Below, in pieces: positions 39,901-54,900 of a stretch of DNA of 64,000 nucleotides. This DNA comes from Eledone cirrhosa (Eukaryota): NCBI GenBank assembly GCA_964016885.1, contig OZ024740.1, positions 24,428,001 through 24,492,000 on the forward strand, written 5' to 3'. Numbering within the stretch: position 1 is the stretch's first letter; each line of letters begins with the position of its first letter. The position numbers and the translations under genes are program-made. The notes beneath the pieces are model-generated. The model had not been told where the DNA came from. It saw nothing but the letters and a program-made list of their open reading frames with translations, and did not search any database.

Positions 39901-42900
39901 TAGAGATGCAGAGACATATAGATAAATAGGACAGAAGGAAAGTAGAGAGCTAGAGATGGAGAGACATCTAGATAAATAGTACAGAAGGAAACTAGAGAGT
40001 TAGTCATGGAGAGACATATAGAAAAATAGGACAGAAGGAAACTAGAGCGTTAGAGATGGAGAGACATATAGATAAATAGGTCAGAAGGAAACTAAAGTGT
40101 TAGAGATGGAGAGACATATAGATAAATAGGACAGAACGAAACTAGAGAGGTAGAGATGGAGAGACATATAGATAAATATGACAGAAAGAAACTGGAGAGT
40201 TAGAGATGGATGACATATAGATAAATAGGACAGAAGGAATCTAGAGAGTTAGAGATGGAGAGACATATAGATAAATAGGACAGAAGGAAACTAGAGAGCT
40301 AGAGATATAAAGACATATAGATAAATAGGATAGAAGGAAACTAGAGAGTTAGAGATGGAGAGACATATAGATAAATAGGACAGAAGGAAACTAGAGAGGT
40401 AGAGATGGAGAGACATATAGATAAATAGCACAGAAGTAAACTAGAGAGTTAGAGATGGAAGGATATATAGATAAATAGGACAGATGGAAACTAGAGAGCT
40501 AGAGATGGAGAGACATATAGATAAATAGGACAGAAGGAAACTAGAGAGCTAGAGATGGAAAGACATATAGATAAATAGGACAGAATGAAACTAGAACGCT
40601 AGAGATGGAGAGACATATAGAAAAATAGGACATAAGGAAACTAGAGAGCTAGAGATGGAGAGACATTTAGATAAATAGGACAGAAGGAAACTAGAGAGCT
40701 AGTGATTCAGAGACATATAGATAAATAGGACAGGAGGAAACTATAGAGGTAGAGATGGAGCGACATCTAGATACATAGGACAGAAGGAAACTAGAGATCT
40801 AGAGATGCAGACATAGAGATAAATATGTCAAGAGGAAACTAGAGAGGTAGAGATGGAGAGACATATAGATAAATAGGACAGAAGGAAACTAGAGATTTAG
40901 AGATGGAGAGACATATAGATAAATAAGAAAGAAGGAAACTAGAGAGTTAGAGATGGAGAGATATATAGAAAAATAGGACAGAAGGAAACTAGAGAGCTAG
41001 AGATATAGAGACATATAGATAAATAGGAGAGAATGAAACTAGAAAGCTAGAGATGGAGAGACATATAGAAAAATAGGACATAAGGAAACTAGAGAGCTAG
41101 AGATGGAGAGACATATAGATAAATAGGACAGAAGGAAACTAGAGAGCTAGTGATGCAGAGACATATAGATAAATAGGACAGGAGGAAACTAAAGTGTTAG
41201 AGATGCAGAGACATATAGATATATAGGACAGAAGGAAACTAGAGAGCTAGAGATGCAGGGTCATATAGATAAATAGGACAGTAGAAAACTAGAGAGGTAG
41301 AGATCGACAGACATATAGATAAATAGGACAGAATGAAACTAGGGAGTCAGAGAGGGAGAGACATATTTATAAATAAGACAGAAGAAACTAGAGAGTTAGA
41401 GATGGAAACACATATAGATAAATCGGACAGAAGGAAACTAGAGAGATAGAGATTCAGAGACATATAGATAAATAGGACAGGTGGAAACTAGAGAGGTAGA
41501 GATGGAGTGACATCTAGATAAATAAGACAGAAGGAAACGAGAGAGATAGAGATGGAGAGACATATAGATAAATAGGACAGAAGGAAACTAGAGAGCTAGA
41601 GATGCAGAGACATATAGATAAATATGACAGAAGGAAACTAGAGAGTTAGAGATTGAGAGATATATAGATAAATAGGACAGAAAGAAACTAGAGAGCTAGA
41701 GATGGAGAGACATATAGATAAATAGGACAGAAGGAAACTAGAGAGCTAGTGATGCAGAGACATATAGATAAATAGGACAGGAGGAAACTAGAGAGCTAGA
41801 GATGGAGCGACATATAGATAAATAACACAGAAGGAAACTAGAGAGATAGAGATGGAGAGACATATAGATAAATAGGACAGAAGGAAACTAGAGAGTTAGA
41901 GATGGAGAGACATATAAAAAAATAGGACAGAAGGAAAATAGAGAGTTAGAAATGGAGAGATATATAATTAAATAGGACAGAAGGAAAGGAGAGAGCTAGA
42001 GATGGAGAGACATATAGATAAATAAGAAAGAAGGAAACTAGAGAGTTAGAGATGGAGAGATATATAGAAAAATAGGACAGAAGGAAACTAGAGAGCTAGA
42101 GATGCAGAGATATATAGATAAATAGGACAGTAGTAAAGTAGAGAGCTAGAGATGGAGAGACATCTAGATATATAGTACAGAAGGAAACTAGAGCGTTAGA
42201 GATGGAGAGACATATAGATAAATAGGACAGAAGGAAACTAAAGTGTTAGAGATGCAGAGATATATAGATAAATAGGACAGAACCTAACTAGAGAGCGAGA
42301 TGTAGAGACATATATATAAATAGAACAGAAAGAAACTGCAGAGTTAGAGATAGAGAGACATATAGATAAATAGGACAGAAGGAAACTAGAGAGTTAGATA
42401 TGGAGAGACATATAGATAAATATGACAGAAGGAAACTAGAGAGCTAGATATATAGAGACATATAGATAAATAGGACAGAAGGAAACTAGAGAGTTAGAGA
42501 TGGAGAGACATATAGATAAATAGGACAGAAGGAAACTAGAGAGGTAGAGATGGAAAGACATATAGATAAATAGGACAGAAGGAAACGAGAGAGCTAGAGA
42601 TGTAGAGACATATAGATGAATTGGACAGAAGGAAACTAGCGAGTTAGAGATGGAGAGACATATAGATATATAGGACAGAAGGAAACTAGAGAGCTAGAGA
42701 TGCAGGGTCATATAGATAAATAGGACAGTAGGAAACTAGAGAGGTAGAGATCGACAGACATATAGATAAATAGGACAGAAGGAAAATAGAGAGTTAGAAA
42801 TGGAGAGACATATTGATAAATAGGACAGAAGGAAAGTAAAGTGTTAGAGATGGAGAGACATATAGATAAATAGGACAGAAGGAAACTAGAGAGTTAGAGA

Positions 42901-45900
42901 TGGAAAGACATATATATAAATAGGACAGAATGAAACTAGAAAGCTAGAGATGGAGAGACATATAGAAAAATAGGACATAAGGAAACTAGAGAGCTAGAGA
43001 TGGAGAGACATATAGATAAATAGGACAGAAGGAAACTAGAGCGTTAGAGAGGGAGAGACATATAGATACATAGGACAGAAGGAAATTAGAGATCTAGAGA
43101 TGCAGACATAGAGATAAATAGGTCAAGAGGAAACTAGAGTGGTAGAGATGGAGAGACATATAGATAAATAGGACAGTAGGAAACTAGAGAGGTATAGATC
43201 GACAGACATATAGATAAATAGGACAGAATGAAACTAGGGAGTCAGAGAGGGAGAGACATATTTATAAATAAGACAGAAGGAAACTAGAGAGTTAGAGATG
43301 GAAACACATATAGATAAATCGGACAGAAGGAAACTAGAGAGCTAGAGATATAGAGACATATAGATAAATAGGTCAGAAGGAAACTAGAGAGCTAGAGATG
43401 CAGAGACATATAGATAAATATGACAGAAGGAAACTAGAGAGTTAGAGATGGAGAGATATATAGATAAATAGGACAGAAAGAAACTAGAGAGCTAGAGATG
43501 GAGAGACGTATAGATAAATAGGACAGAAGGAAACTAGAGAGTTGGAGATGGAGAGACATAGAAAAATAGGACAGAAGGAAAATAGAGAGTTAGAAATGGA
43601 GAGACATATAATTAAATAGGACAGAAGGAAAGGAGAGAGCTAGAGATGGAGAAACATCTAGATAAATAGTACAGAAGGAAACTAGAGAGTTAGAGAGGGA
43701 GAGACATATTTATAAATAAGACAGAAGGAAACTAGAGAGTTTGAGATGGAGACACATATAGATACAGAGGACAGAAGGAAACTAGAGAGCTAGAGATGGA
43801 GAGACATATTGATAAATAGGACAGACGGAAACTAGAGAGATAGTGATGCAGAGACATATAGATAAATAGAACAGGAGGAAACTAGAGAGCTAGAGATGGA
43901 GAGACATATAGAAAAATAGGACAGAAGGAAACTAGAGAGATAGAGATGGATAGACATATAGATAAATAGGACAGAAGGAAAGTAGAGAGCTAGAGATGGA
44001 GAGACATCTAGATAAATAGTACAGAAGGAAACTAGACAGATAGAGAGGGATAGACATATAGATAAATAGGACAGAAGTAAAGTAGAGAGCTCGAGATGGA
44101 GAGACATCTAGATAAATAGTACAGAAGGAAACTAGAGAATTAGAGAGGGAGAGACATATAGAACATAGGACAGAAGGAACCTAGAGAGCTAGTGATGCAG
44201 AGACATATAGATAAATAGGACAGAAGGAAAGTAGAGAGCTAGAGATGGAGAGACATCTAGATTAAAATTACAGAATGAAACTAGAGAGTTAGAGATGGAG
44301 AGACATATAGAAAATTGGACAGAAGGAAACTAGAGAGCTAGAGATGGAGAGACATATAGAAAATTGGACAGAAGGATACTAGAGAGCTAATGATGCAGAG
44401 ACATATAGATAAATAGGACAGAAGGAAACTGAAGTGTTAGAGATGGAGAGAGATATAGATAAATAGGACAGAAGGAAACTAGAGAGTTAGAGATGGAGAG
44501 ACATACAGATAAATATTACAGAAGGAAACTAGAGAGCTAATGATGCAGAGACATATAGATAAATAGGACAGGAGGAAACTAGAGAGGTAGAGATGGAGCC
44601 ACATATAGATAAATACACAGAAAGAAACTAGAGAGTTAGAGATGGAGAGACATATAGATATATAGGACAGAAGGTAATTAGAGTTCTAGAGATGCAGACA
44701 TATAGATAAATAGGACAAGAGGAAACTAGAGAGGTAGATATGTAGAGACATATAGATAAATAGGACAGAAGGAAACTGGAGAGTTAGAGATGGAGAGACA
44801 TATAGATAAATAGGACAGTAGGAAACTAGAAAGTTAGAGATGGAGAGACACATAGAAAAATAGGACAGAAGGAAACTAGAGAGTTAGAAATGGAGAGACA
44901 TATAGATAAATAGGACAGAAGGAAAGTAGAGAGCTAGAGATGGAGAGACATATAGATAAATAGTACAGAAGGAAACTAGAGAGTGAGAGATGGAGAAACA
45001 TATAGGAAATAGGACAGAAGGAAACTAGAGCGTTAGAGATGGAGAGACATATAGATAAATAGGTCAAGAGGAAACTAGAGAGGTAGAGATGGAGAGACAT
45101 ATAGATAAATAGGACAGAACAAAACTAGAGAGTTAGAGATGGAGAGACATATAGATAATTAGGACAGAAGGATACTAGAGAGTTAGAGATGGAAAGACAT
45201 ATAGATAAATAGGACAGAAGGAAACTAGAAAGTTAGAGATGGAGAGACATATAGAAAAATAGGACATAAGGAAACTAGAGAGTTTGAGATGGAGAGACAT
45301 ATAGGTAAATAGGTCAGAAGAAAACTAGAGAGTTAGAGATGGAGTGACATATAGATAAATAGGACAGGAGGAAACTACAGAGCTAGAGGTGCAGAGACAT
45401 ATAGATAAATAGGACAGGAGGAAACTATAGAGGTAGAGATGGAGCGACATCTAGATAAATAACACAGAAGGAAACTAGAGAGATAGAGATGGAGAGACAT
45501 ATAGATACATAGGACAGAAGGAAACTAGAGATCTAGAAATGCAGACATATAGATAAATAGGTCAAGAGGAAACTAGAGAGGTAGAGATGGAGAGACATAT
45601 AGATAAATAGGACAGAAGGAAACTAGAGAGCTAGAGATGGAGAGATATATAGAAAAATAGGACATAAGGAAACTAGAGAGTTTGAGATGGAGAGACATAT
45701 AGGTAAATAGGTCAGAAGGAAACTAGAGAGTTAGAGATGGAGAGACATCTAGATAAATAGTACAGAAGGAAACTAGAGAGTTAGAGATGGAGAGACATAG
45801 AGAAAAATAGGACAGAAAGAAACTAGAGCGTTAGAGATGGAGAGACATATAGATAAATAGGACAGAAGGAAACTAAAGTGTTAGAGATGGAGAGACATAT

Positions 45901-48900
45901 AGATAAATAGGACAGAAGGAAACTAGCGAGCTAGAGATGCTGAGACATATAGATAAATAGGACAGAAGGAAACTAGAGCGTTAGAGATGGAGAGACATAT
46001 AGATAAATAGGACAGAAGGAAACTAGAGAGCTAGCGATATAAAGACACATAGATAAATAGGACAGAATGAAACTAGAGAGTTAGAGATGTAGAGACATAT
46101 AGATAAATAGGACAGAAGGAAACTAGAGAGCTAGAGATGCAGAGACATATAGATAAATAGGACAGGAGGAAACTAGAGAGGTAGAGATGGAAAGACATAT
46201 AGATAAATAGGACAGAAGGAAACGAGAGAGCTAGAGATGTAGAGACATATAGATGAATTGGACAGAAGAAAACTAGAGAGTTAGAGATGGAGAGTCATAT
46301 AGATATATAGGACAGAAGCAAACTAGAGAGCTGGAGATGCAGGGTCATATAGATAAATAGGACAGTAGGAAACTAGAGAGGTCGAGTTCGAGAGACATAT
46401 AGATAAATAGGACAGAAGGAAACTAGAGAGTTAGAGAGGGAGAGACATATTTATAAATAAGACAGAAGGAAACTAGAGAGTTAGAGATGGAAAGACACAT
46501 AGATAAATCGGACAGAAGGAAACTAGAGAGATAGAGATTCAGAGACATATAGATAAATAGGACAGAAGGAAACTAGAGAGGTAGAGATGGAGCGACATAT
46601 AGATAAATAATACAGAAGGAAACGAGAGAGATAGAGATGGAGAGACATATAGATAAATAGGACAGAAGGAAACTAGAGAGTTAGAGATGGAGAGACATAT
46701 AGATAAATAGGACAGAAGGAAACTAGAGAGCTAGAGATATAGAGACATATAGATAAATAGGACAGAAGGAAACTAGAGAGCTAGAGATGCAGAGACATAT
46801 AGATAAATAGGTCAGAAGGAAACTAGAGAGTTAGAAATGGAGTGACATATAGATAAATAGGACAGAAGGAAACTACAGAGCTAGAGGGGCAGAGACATAT
46901 AGATAAATAGGACAGAAGGAAACTAGAGAGTTAGAGATGTAGAGACATATAGATAAATAGGACAGAATGAAACTAGAGAGTTAGAGATGGAGAGACATAT
47001 AGATAAATAGGACAGAAGGAAACTAGAGAGTTACAGATTGAGAGATATATAGATAAATAGGACAGTAGGAAACTAGAGAGCTAGAGATGGAGAGACATAT
47101 AGATAAATAGGACAGAAGGAAACTAGAGAGTTAGAGATGGAGATACATATAGATAAATAGGACAGAAGGAAACTAGAGAGTTAGAGATGGAGAGACATAT
47201 AGATAAATAGGACAGAAGGAAACTAGAGAGGTAGAGATGAACGACATATAGATAAATAAGACAGAAGGAAACTAGAGAGCTAGAGATGGAGAGACATATA
47301 GATAAATAGGACAGAAGGAAATTAGAGAGGTAGAGATGGAGCGACATATAGATAAATAAGACAGAAGGAAACTAGAGAGCTAGAGATGGAGAGACATATA
47401 GATAAATAGGACAGAAGGAAACTAGAGAGGTAGAGATGGTGAGACATATAGAAAAATAGGACAGAAGGAAACTAGAGGGCAAGAGATGCAGAGACATATA
47501 GATAAATAGGACAGAAGGAAACTAGAGAGTTAGAGATGGAGAGACATATAGATAAATAGGACAGAAGGAAATTAGAGAGTTAGAGATGTAGAGACATATA
47601 GATAAATAGGACAGAAGGAAATTAGAGAGTTAGAGATGGAGAGACATATAGATAAATAGGACAGAAGGAAACTAGAGAGTTAGAGATGGAGAGACATATA
47701 GATAAATAGGACAGACGGAAACTAGAGAGCTAGAGATGCAGAGACATATAGATAAATAGGACAGGAGGAAACTAGAGAGCGAGATGTAGAGACATATATA
47801 TAAATAGAACAGAAAGAAACTGCAGAGTTAGAGATGGAGAGACATATAGATAAATAGGACAGAAGGAAATTAGAGAGTTAGAGATGTAGAGACATATAGA
47901 TAAATAGGACAGAAGGAAAGTAGCGAGCTAGAGATGCAGAGACATATAGATAAATAGGACAGAACGAAACTAGAGAGGTAAAGATGGAGAGACATATAGA
48001 TAAATAGAACAGAAAGAAACTGGAGAGTTAGAGATGGAGAGACATATAGATAAATAGGACAGAAGGAAATTAGAGAGTTAGAGATGGAGAGACATATAGA
48101 TAAATAGGACAGAAGGAAACTAGAGAGTTAGAGATGGAGAGACATATAGATAAATAGGACAGACGGAAACTAGAGAGCTAGAGATGCAGAGACATATAGA
48201 TAAATAGGACAGGAGGAAACTAGAGAGGTAGAGATGGAGCGACATATAGATAAATAGGACAGAAGGAAACTAGAGAGCTAGAGATGGTGAGACATATAGA
48301 AAAATAGGACAGAAGGAAACTAGAGGGCAAGAGATGCAGAGACATATAGATAAATAGGACAGAAGGAAAGTAGAGAGCTAGAGATGGAGAGACATCTAGA
48401 TAAATAGTACAGAAGGAAACTAGAGAGTTAGTCATGGAGAGACATATAGAAAAATAGGACAGAAGGAAACTAGAGCGTTAGAGATGCAGAGACATGAAGA
48501 TAAATAGGACAGAAGGAAACTAGAGTGCTAGAGATGAAGAGACATATAGATAAATAGGACAGGAGGAAACTAGAGAGTTAGAGATGAAGAGACATATAGA
48601 TAAATAGGACAGAAGGAAGCTATTGAGGTAGAGATGGAGTGACATCTAGATAAATAACACAGAAGGAAACTAGAGATCTAGAGATGCAGACATATAGATA
48701 AATAGGTCAAGAGGAAACTAGAGAGGTAGAGATGGAGAGACATATAGATAAATAGGACAGAAGGAAACTAGAGATTTAGAGATGGAGAGACATATAGTTA
48801 AATAAGAAAGAAGGAAACTAGAGCGTTAGAGATGGAGAGACATATAGAAAAATAGGACAGAAGGAAACTAGAGGGCTAGAGATGCAGAGACATATAGATA

Positions 48901-51900
48901 AATAGGACAGAAGGAAAGTAGAGAGCTAGAGATGGAGAGACATCTAGATAAATAGTACAGAAGGAAACTAGAGAGTTAGTCATGGAGAGACATATAGAAA
49001 AATAGGACAGAAGGAAACTAGAGCGTTAGAGATGGAGAGACATATAGATAAATAGGTCAGAAGGAAACTAAAGTGTTAGAGATGGAGAGACATATAGATA
49101 AATAGGACAGAAGGAAACTAGAGATCTAGAGATGCAGACATATAGATAAATAGGTCAAGAGGAAACTAGAGAGTTAGAGATGGAGAGACATATAGATAAA
49201 TAGGACAGAAGTATACTAGAGAGTTAGAGATGGAGAGACATATAGAAAAATAGGACAGAAGGAAACTAAAGTGTTAGAGATGGAGAGATATATAGATAAA
49301 TAGGACAGAAGGAAACTAAAGTGTTAGAGATGGAGAGACATATAGATAAATAGGACAGAAGGAAAGTAGCGAGCTAGAGATGCAGACACTTATAGATAAA
49401 TAGGACAGAACGAAACTAGAGAGGTAAAGATGGAGAGACATATAGATAAATAGAACAGAAAGAAACTGGAGAGTTAGAGATGGAGAGACATATAGATAAA
49501 TAAGACAGAAGGAAATTAGAGAGTAAGAGATGGAGAGACATATAGATAAATAGGAGAGAAGGAAACTAGAGAGCTAGCGATGCAGAGACATATAGATAAA
49601 TAGGACAGGAGGAAACTAGAGAGGTAGAGATGGAGCGACATATAGATAAATAGGACAGAAGGATACTAGAGAGCTAGTGATGCAGAGACATGTAGATAAA
49701 TAGGACAGGAGGAAGCTAATGAGGTAGAGATGGAGTGACATCTAGATAAATAACACAGAAGGAAACTAGAGATCTAGAGATGCAGACATATAGATAAATA
49801 GGTCAAGAGGAAACTAGAGAGGTAGAGATGGAGAGACATATATATAAATAGGACATAGGGAAACTAGAGATTTAGAGATGGAGAGACATATAGTTAAATA
49901 AGAAAGAAGGAAACTAGAGCGTTAGAGATGGAGAGACATATAGAAAAATAGGACAGAAGGAAACTAGAGAGCTAGAGATGCAGAGACATATAGATAAATA
50001 GGACAGAAGGAAAGTAGAGAGCTAGAGATGGAGAGACATCTAGATAAATAGTACAGAAGGAAACTAGAGAGTTAGTCATGGAGAGACATATAGAAAAATA
50101 GGACAGAAGGAAACTAGAGCGTTAGAGATGGAGAGACATATAGATAAATAGGTCAGAAGGAAACTAAAGTGTTAGAGATGGAGAGACATATAGATAAATA
50201 GGACAGAACGAAACTAGAGAGGTAGAGATGGAGAGACATATAGATAAATATGACAGAAAGAAACTGGAGAGTTAGAGATGGATGACATATAGATAAATAG
50301 GACAGAAGGAATCTAGAGAGTTAGAGATGGAGAGACATATAGATAAATAGGACAGAAGGAAACTAGAGAGCTAGAGATATAAAGACATATAGATAAATAG
50401 GATAGAAGGAAACTAGAGAGTTAGAGATGGAGAGACATATAGATAAATAGGACAGAAGGAAACTAGAGAGGTAGAGATGGAGAGACATATAGATAAATAG
50501 CACAGAAGTAAACTAGAGAGTTAGAGATGGAAGGATATATAGATAAATAGGACAGATGGAAACTAGAGAGCTAGAGATGGAGAGACATATAGATAAATAG
50601 GACAGAAGGAAACTAGAGAGCTAGAGATGGAAAGACATATAGATAAATAGGACAGAATGAAACTAGAACGCTAGAGATGGAGAGACATATAGAAAAATAG
50701 GACATAAGGAAACTAGAGAGCTAGAGATGGAGAGACATTTAGATAAATAGGACAGAAGGAAACTATAGAGGTAGAGATGGAGCGACATCTAGATAAATAA
50801 CACAGAAGGAAAGTAGAGAGATAGAGATGGAGAGACATATATATTAATAGGACAGAAGGAAACTAGAGCGTTAGAGAGGGAGAGACATATAGATACATAG
50901 GACAGAAGGAAACTAGAGATCTAGAGATGCAGACATAGAGATAAATATGTCAAGAGGAAACTAGAGAGGTAGAGATGGAGAGACATATAGATAAATAGGA
51001 CAGAAGGAAACTAGAGATTTAGAGATGGAGAGACATATAGATAAATAAGAAAGAAGGAAACTAGAGAGTTAGAGATGGAGAGATATATAGAAAAATAGGA
51101 CAGAAGGAAACTAGAGAGCTAGAGATATAGAGACATATAGATAAATAGGAGAGAATGAAACTAGAAAGCTAGAGATGGAGAGACATATAGAAAAATAGGA
51201 CATAAGGAAACTAGAGAGCTAGAGATGGAGAGACATATAGATAAATAGGACAGAAGGAAACTAGAGAGCTAGTGATGCAGAGACATATAGATAAATAGGA
51301 CAGGAGGAAACTAAAGTGTTAGAGATGCAGAGACATATAGATATATAGGACAGAAGGAAACTAGAGAGCTAGAGATGCAGGGTCATATAGATAAATAGGA
51401 CAGTAGAAAACTAGAGAGGTAGAGATCGACAGACATATAGATAAATAGGACAGAATGAAACTAGGGAGTCAGAGAGGGAGAGACATATTTATAAATAAGA
51501 CAGAAGAAACTAGAGAGTTAGAGATGGAAACACATATAGATAAATCGGACAGAAGGAAACTAGAGAGATAGAGATTCAGAGACATATAGATAAATAGGAC
51601 AGGTGGAAACTAGAGAGGTAGAGATGGAGTGACATCTAGATAAATAAGACAGAAGGAAACGAGAGAGATAGAGATGGAGAGACATATAGATAAATAGGAC
51701 AGAAGGAAACTAGAGAGCTAGAGATGCAGAGACATATAGATAAATATGACAGAAGGAAACTAGAGAGTTAGAGATTGAGAGATATATAGATAAATAGGAC
51801 AGAAAGAAACTAGAGAGCTAGAGATGGAGAGACATATAGATAAATAGGACAGAAGGAAACTAGAGAGCTAGTGATGCAGAGACATATAGATAAATAGGAC

Positions 51901-54900
51901 AGGAGGAAACTAGAGAGCTAGAGATGGAGCGACATATAGATAAATAACACAGAAGGAAACTAGAGAGATAGAGATGGAGAGACATATAGATAAATAGGAC
52001 AGAAGGAAACTAGAGAGTTAGAGATGGAGAGACATATAAAAAAATAGGACAGAAGGAAAATAGAGAGTTAGAAATGGAGAGATATATAATTAAATAGGAC
52101 AGAAGGAAAGGAGAGAGCTAGAGATGGAGAAACATCTAGATAAATAGTACAGAAGGAAACTAGAGAGTTAGAGATGGAGAGACATATAGAAAATAGGACA
52201 GATAGAAACTAGAGCGTTAGAGATGGAGTGACATATAGATAAATAGGACAGAAGGAAAGTAAAGTGTTAGAGATGGAGAGACATGTAGATAAATAGGACA
52301 GAAGGAAACTAGAGAGTTAGAGATGGAAAGACATATATATATAAGTAGGACAGAATGAAACTAGAAAGCTAGAGCTGGAGAGACATATAGAAAAATAGGA
52401 CATAAGCAAACTAGAGAGCTAGAGATGGAGAGACATATAGATAAATAGGACAGAAGGAAACTAGAGAGCTAGTGATGCAGAGCCATATAGATAAATAGGA
52501 CAGGAGGAAACTATAGAGGGAGAGATGGAGCGACATCTAGATAAATAACACAGAAGGAAAGTAGAGAGATAGAGATGGAGAGACATATAGATAAATAGGA
52601 CAGAAGGAAACTAGAGCGTTAGAGAGGGAGAGACATATAGATACATAGGACAGAAGGAAACTAGAGATCTAGAGATGCAGACATAGAGATAAATAGGTCA
52701 AGAGGAAACTAGAGAGGTAGAGATGGAGAGACATATAGATAAATAGGACAGAAGGAAACTAGAGATTTAGAGATGGAGAGACATATAGATAAATAAGAAA
52801 GAAGGAAACTAGAGAGTTAGAGATGGAGAGATATATAGAAAAATAGGACAGAAGGAAACTAGAGAGCTAGAGATGCAGAGATATATAGATAAATAGGACA
52901 GTAGTAAAGTAGAGAGCTAGAGATGGAGAGACATCTAGATATATAGTACAGAAGGAAACTAGAGCGTTAGAGATGGAGAGTCATATAGATAAATAGGACA
53001 GAAGGAAACTAAAGTGTTAGAGATGCAGAGATATATAGATAAATAGGACAGAACCTAACTAGAGAGCGAGATGGAGAGACATATAGATAAATAGGACAGA
53101 AGGAAACTAGAGAGTTAGATATGGAGAGACATATAGATAAATATGACAGAAGGAAACTAGAGAGCTAGATATATAGAGACATATAGATAATTAGGACAGA
53201 AGGAAACTAGAGAGTTAGAGATGGAGAGACATATAGATAAATAGGACAGAAGGAAACTAGAGAGGTAGAGATGGAAAGACATATAGATAAATAGGACAGA
53301 AGGAAACGAGAGAGCTAGAGATGTAGAGACATATAGATGAATTGGACAGAAGGAAACTAGCGAGTTAGAGATGGAGAGACATATAGATATATAGGACAGA
53401 AGGAAACTAGAGAGCTAGAGATGCAGGGTCATATAGATAAATAGGACAGTAGGAAACTAGAGAGGTAGAGATCGACAGACATATAGATAAATAGGACAGA
53501 AGGAAAATAGAGAGTTAGAAATGGAGAGACATATTGATAAATAGGACAGAAGGAAAGTAAAGTGTTAGAGATGGAGAGACATATAGATAAATAGGACAGA
53601 AGGAAACTAGAGAGTTAGAGATGGAAAGACATATATATAAATAGGACAGAATGAAACTAGAAAGCTAGAGATGGAGAGACATATAGAAAAATAGGACATA
53701 AGGAAACTAGAGAGCTAGAGATGGAGAGACATATAGATAAATAGGACAGAAGGAAACTAGAGCGTTAGAGAGGGAGAGGGATATAGATACATAGGACAGA
53801 AGGAAATTAGAGATCTAGAGATGCAGACATAGAGATAAATAGGTCAAGAGGAAACTAGAGTGGTAGAGATGGAGAGACATATAGATAAATAGGACAGTAG
53901 GAAACTAGAGAGGTATAGATCGACAGACATATAGATAAATAGGACAGAATGAAACTAGGGAGTCAGAGAGGGAGAGACATATTTATAAATAAGACAGAAG
54001 GAAACTAGAGAGTTAGAGATGGAAACACATATAGATAAATCGGACAGAAGGAAACTAGAGAGCTAGAGATATAGAGACATATAGATAAATAGGTCAGAAG
54101 GAAACTAGAGAGCTAGAGATGCAGAGACATATAGATAAATATGACAGAAGGAAACTAGAGAGTTAGAGATGGAGAGATATATAGATAAATAGGACAGAAA
54201 GAAACTAGAGAGCTAGAGATGGAGAGACGTATAGATAAATAGGACAGAAGGAAACTAGAGAGTTAGAGATGGAGAGACATAGAAAAATAGGACAGAAGGA
54301 AAATAGAGAGTTAGAAATGGAGAGACATATAATTAAATAGGACAGAAGGAAAGGAGAGAGCTAGAGATGGAGAAACATCTAGATAAATAGTACAGAAGGA
54401 AACTAGAGAGTTAGAGAGGGAGAGACATATTTATAAATAAGACAGAAGGAAACTAGAGAGTTTGAGATGGAGACACATATAGATACAGAGGACAGAAGGA
54501 AACTAGAGAGCTAGAGATGGAGAGACATATAGATAAATAGGACAGACGGAAACTAGAGAGATAGTGATGCAGAGACATATAGATAAATAGAACAGGAGGA
54601 AACTAGAGAGCTAGAGATGGAGAGACATATAGAAAAATAGGACAGAAGGAAACTAGAGAGATAGAGATGGATAGACATATAGATAAATAGGACAGAAGGA
54701 AAGTAGAGAGCTAGAGATGGAGAGACATCTAGATAAATAGTACAGAAGGAAACTAGACAGATAGAGAGGGATAGACATATAGATAAATAGGACAGAAGTA
54801 AAGTAGAGAGCTCGAGATGGAGAGACATCTAGATAAATAGTACAGAAGGAAACTAGAGAATTAGAGAGGGAGAGACATATAGAACATAGGACAGAAGGAA

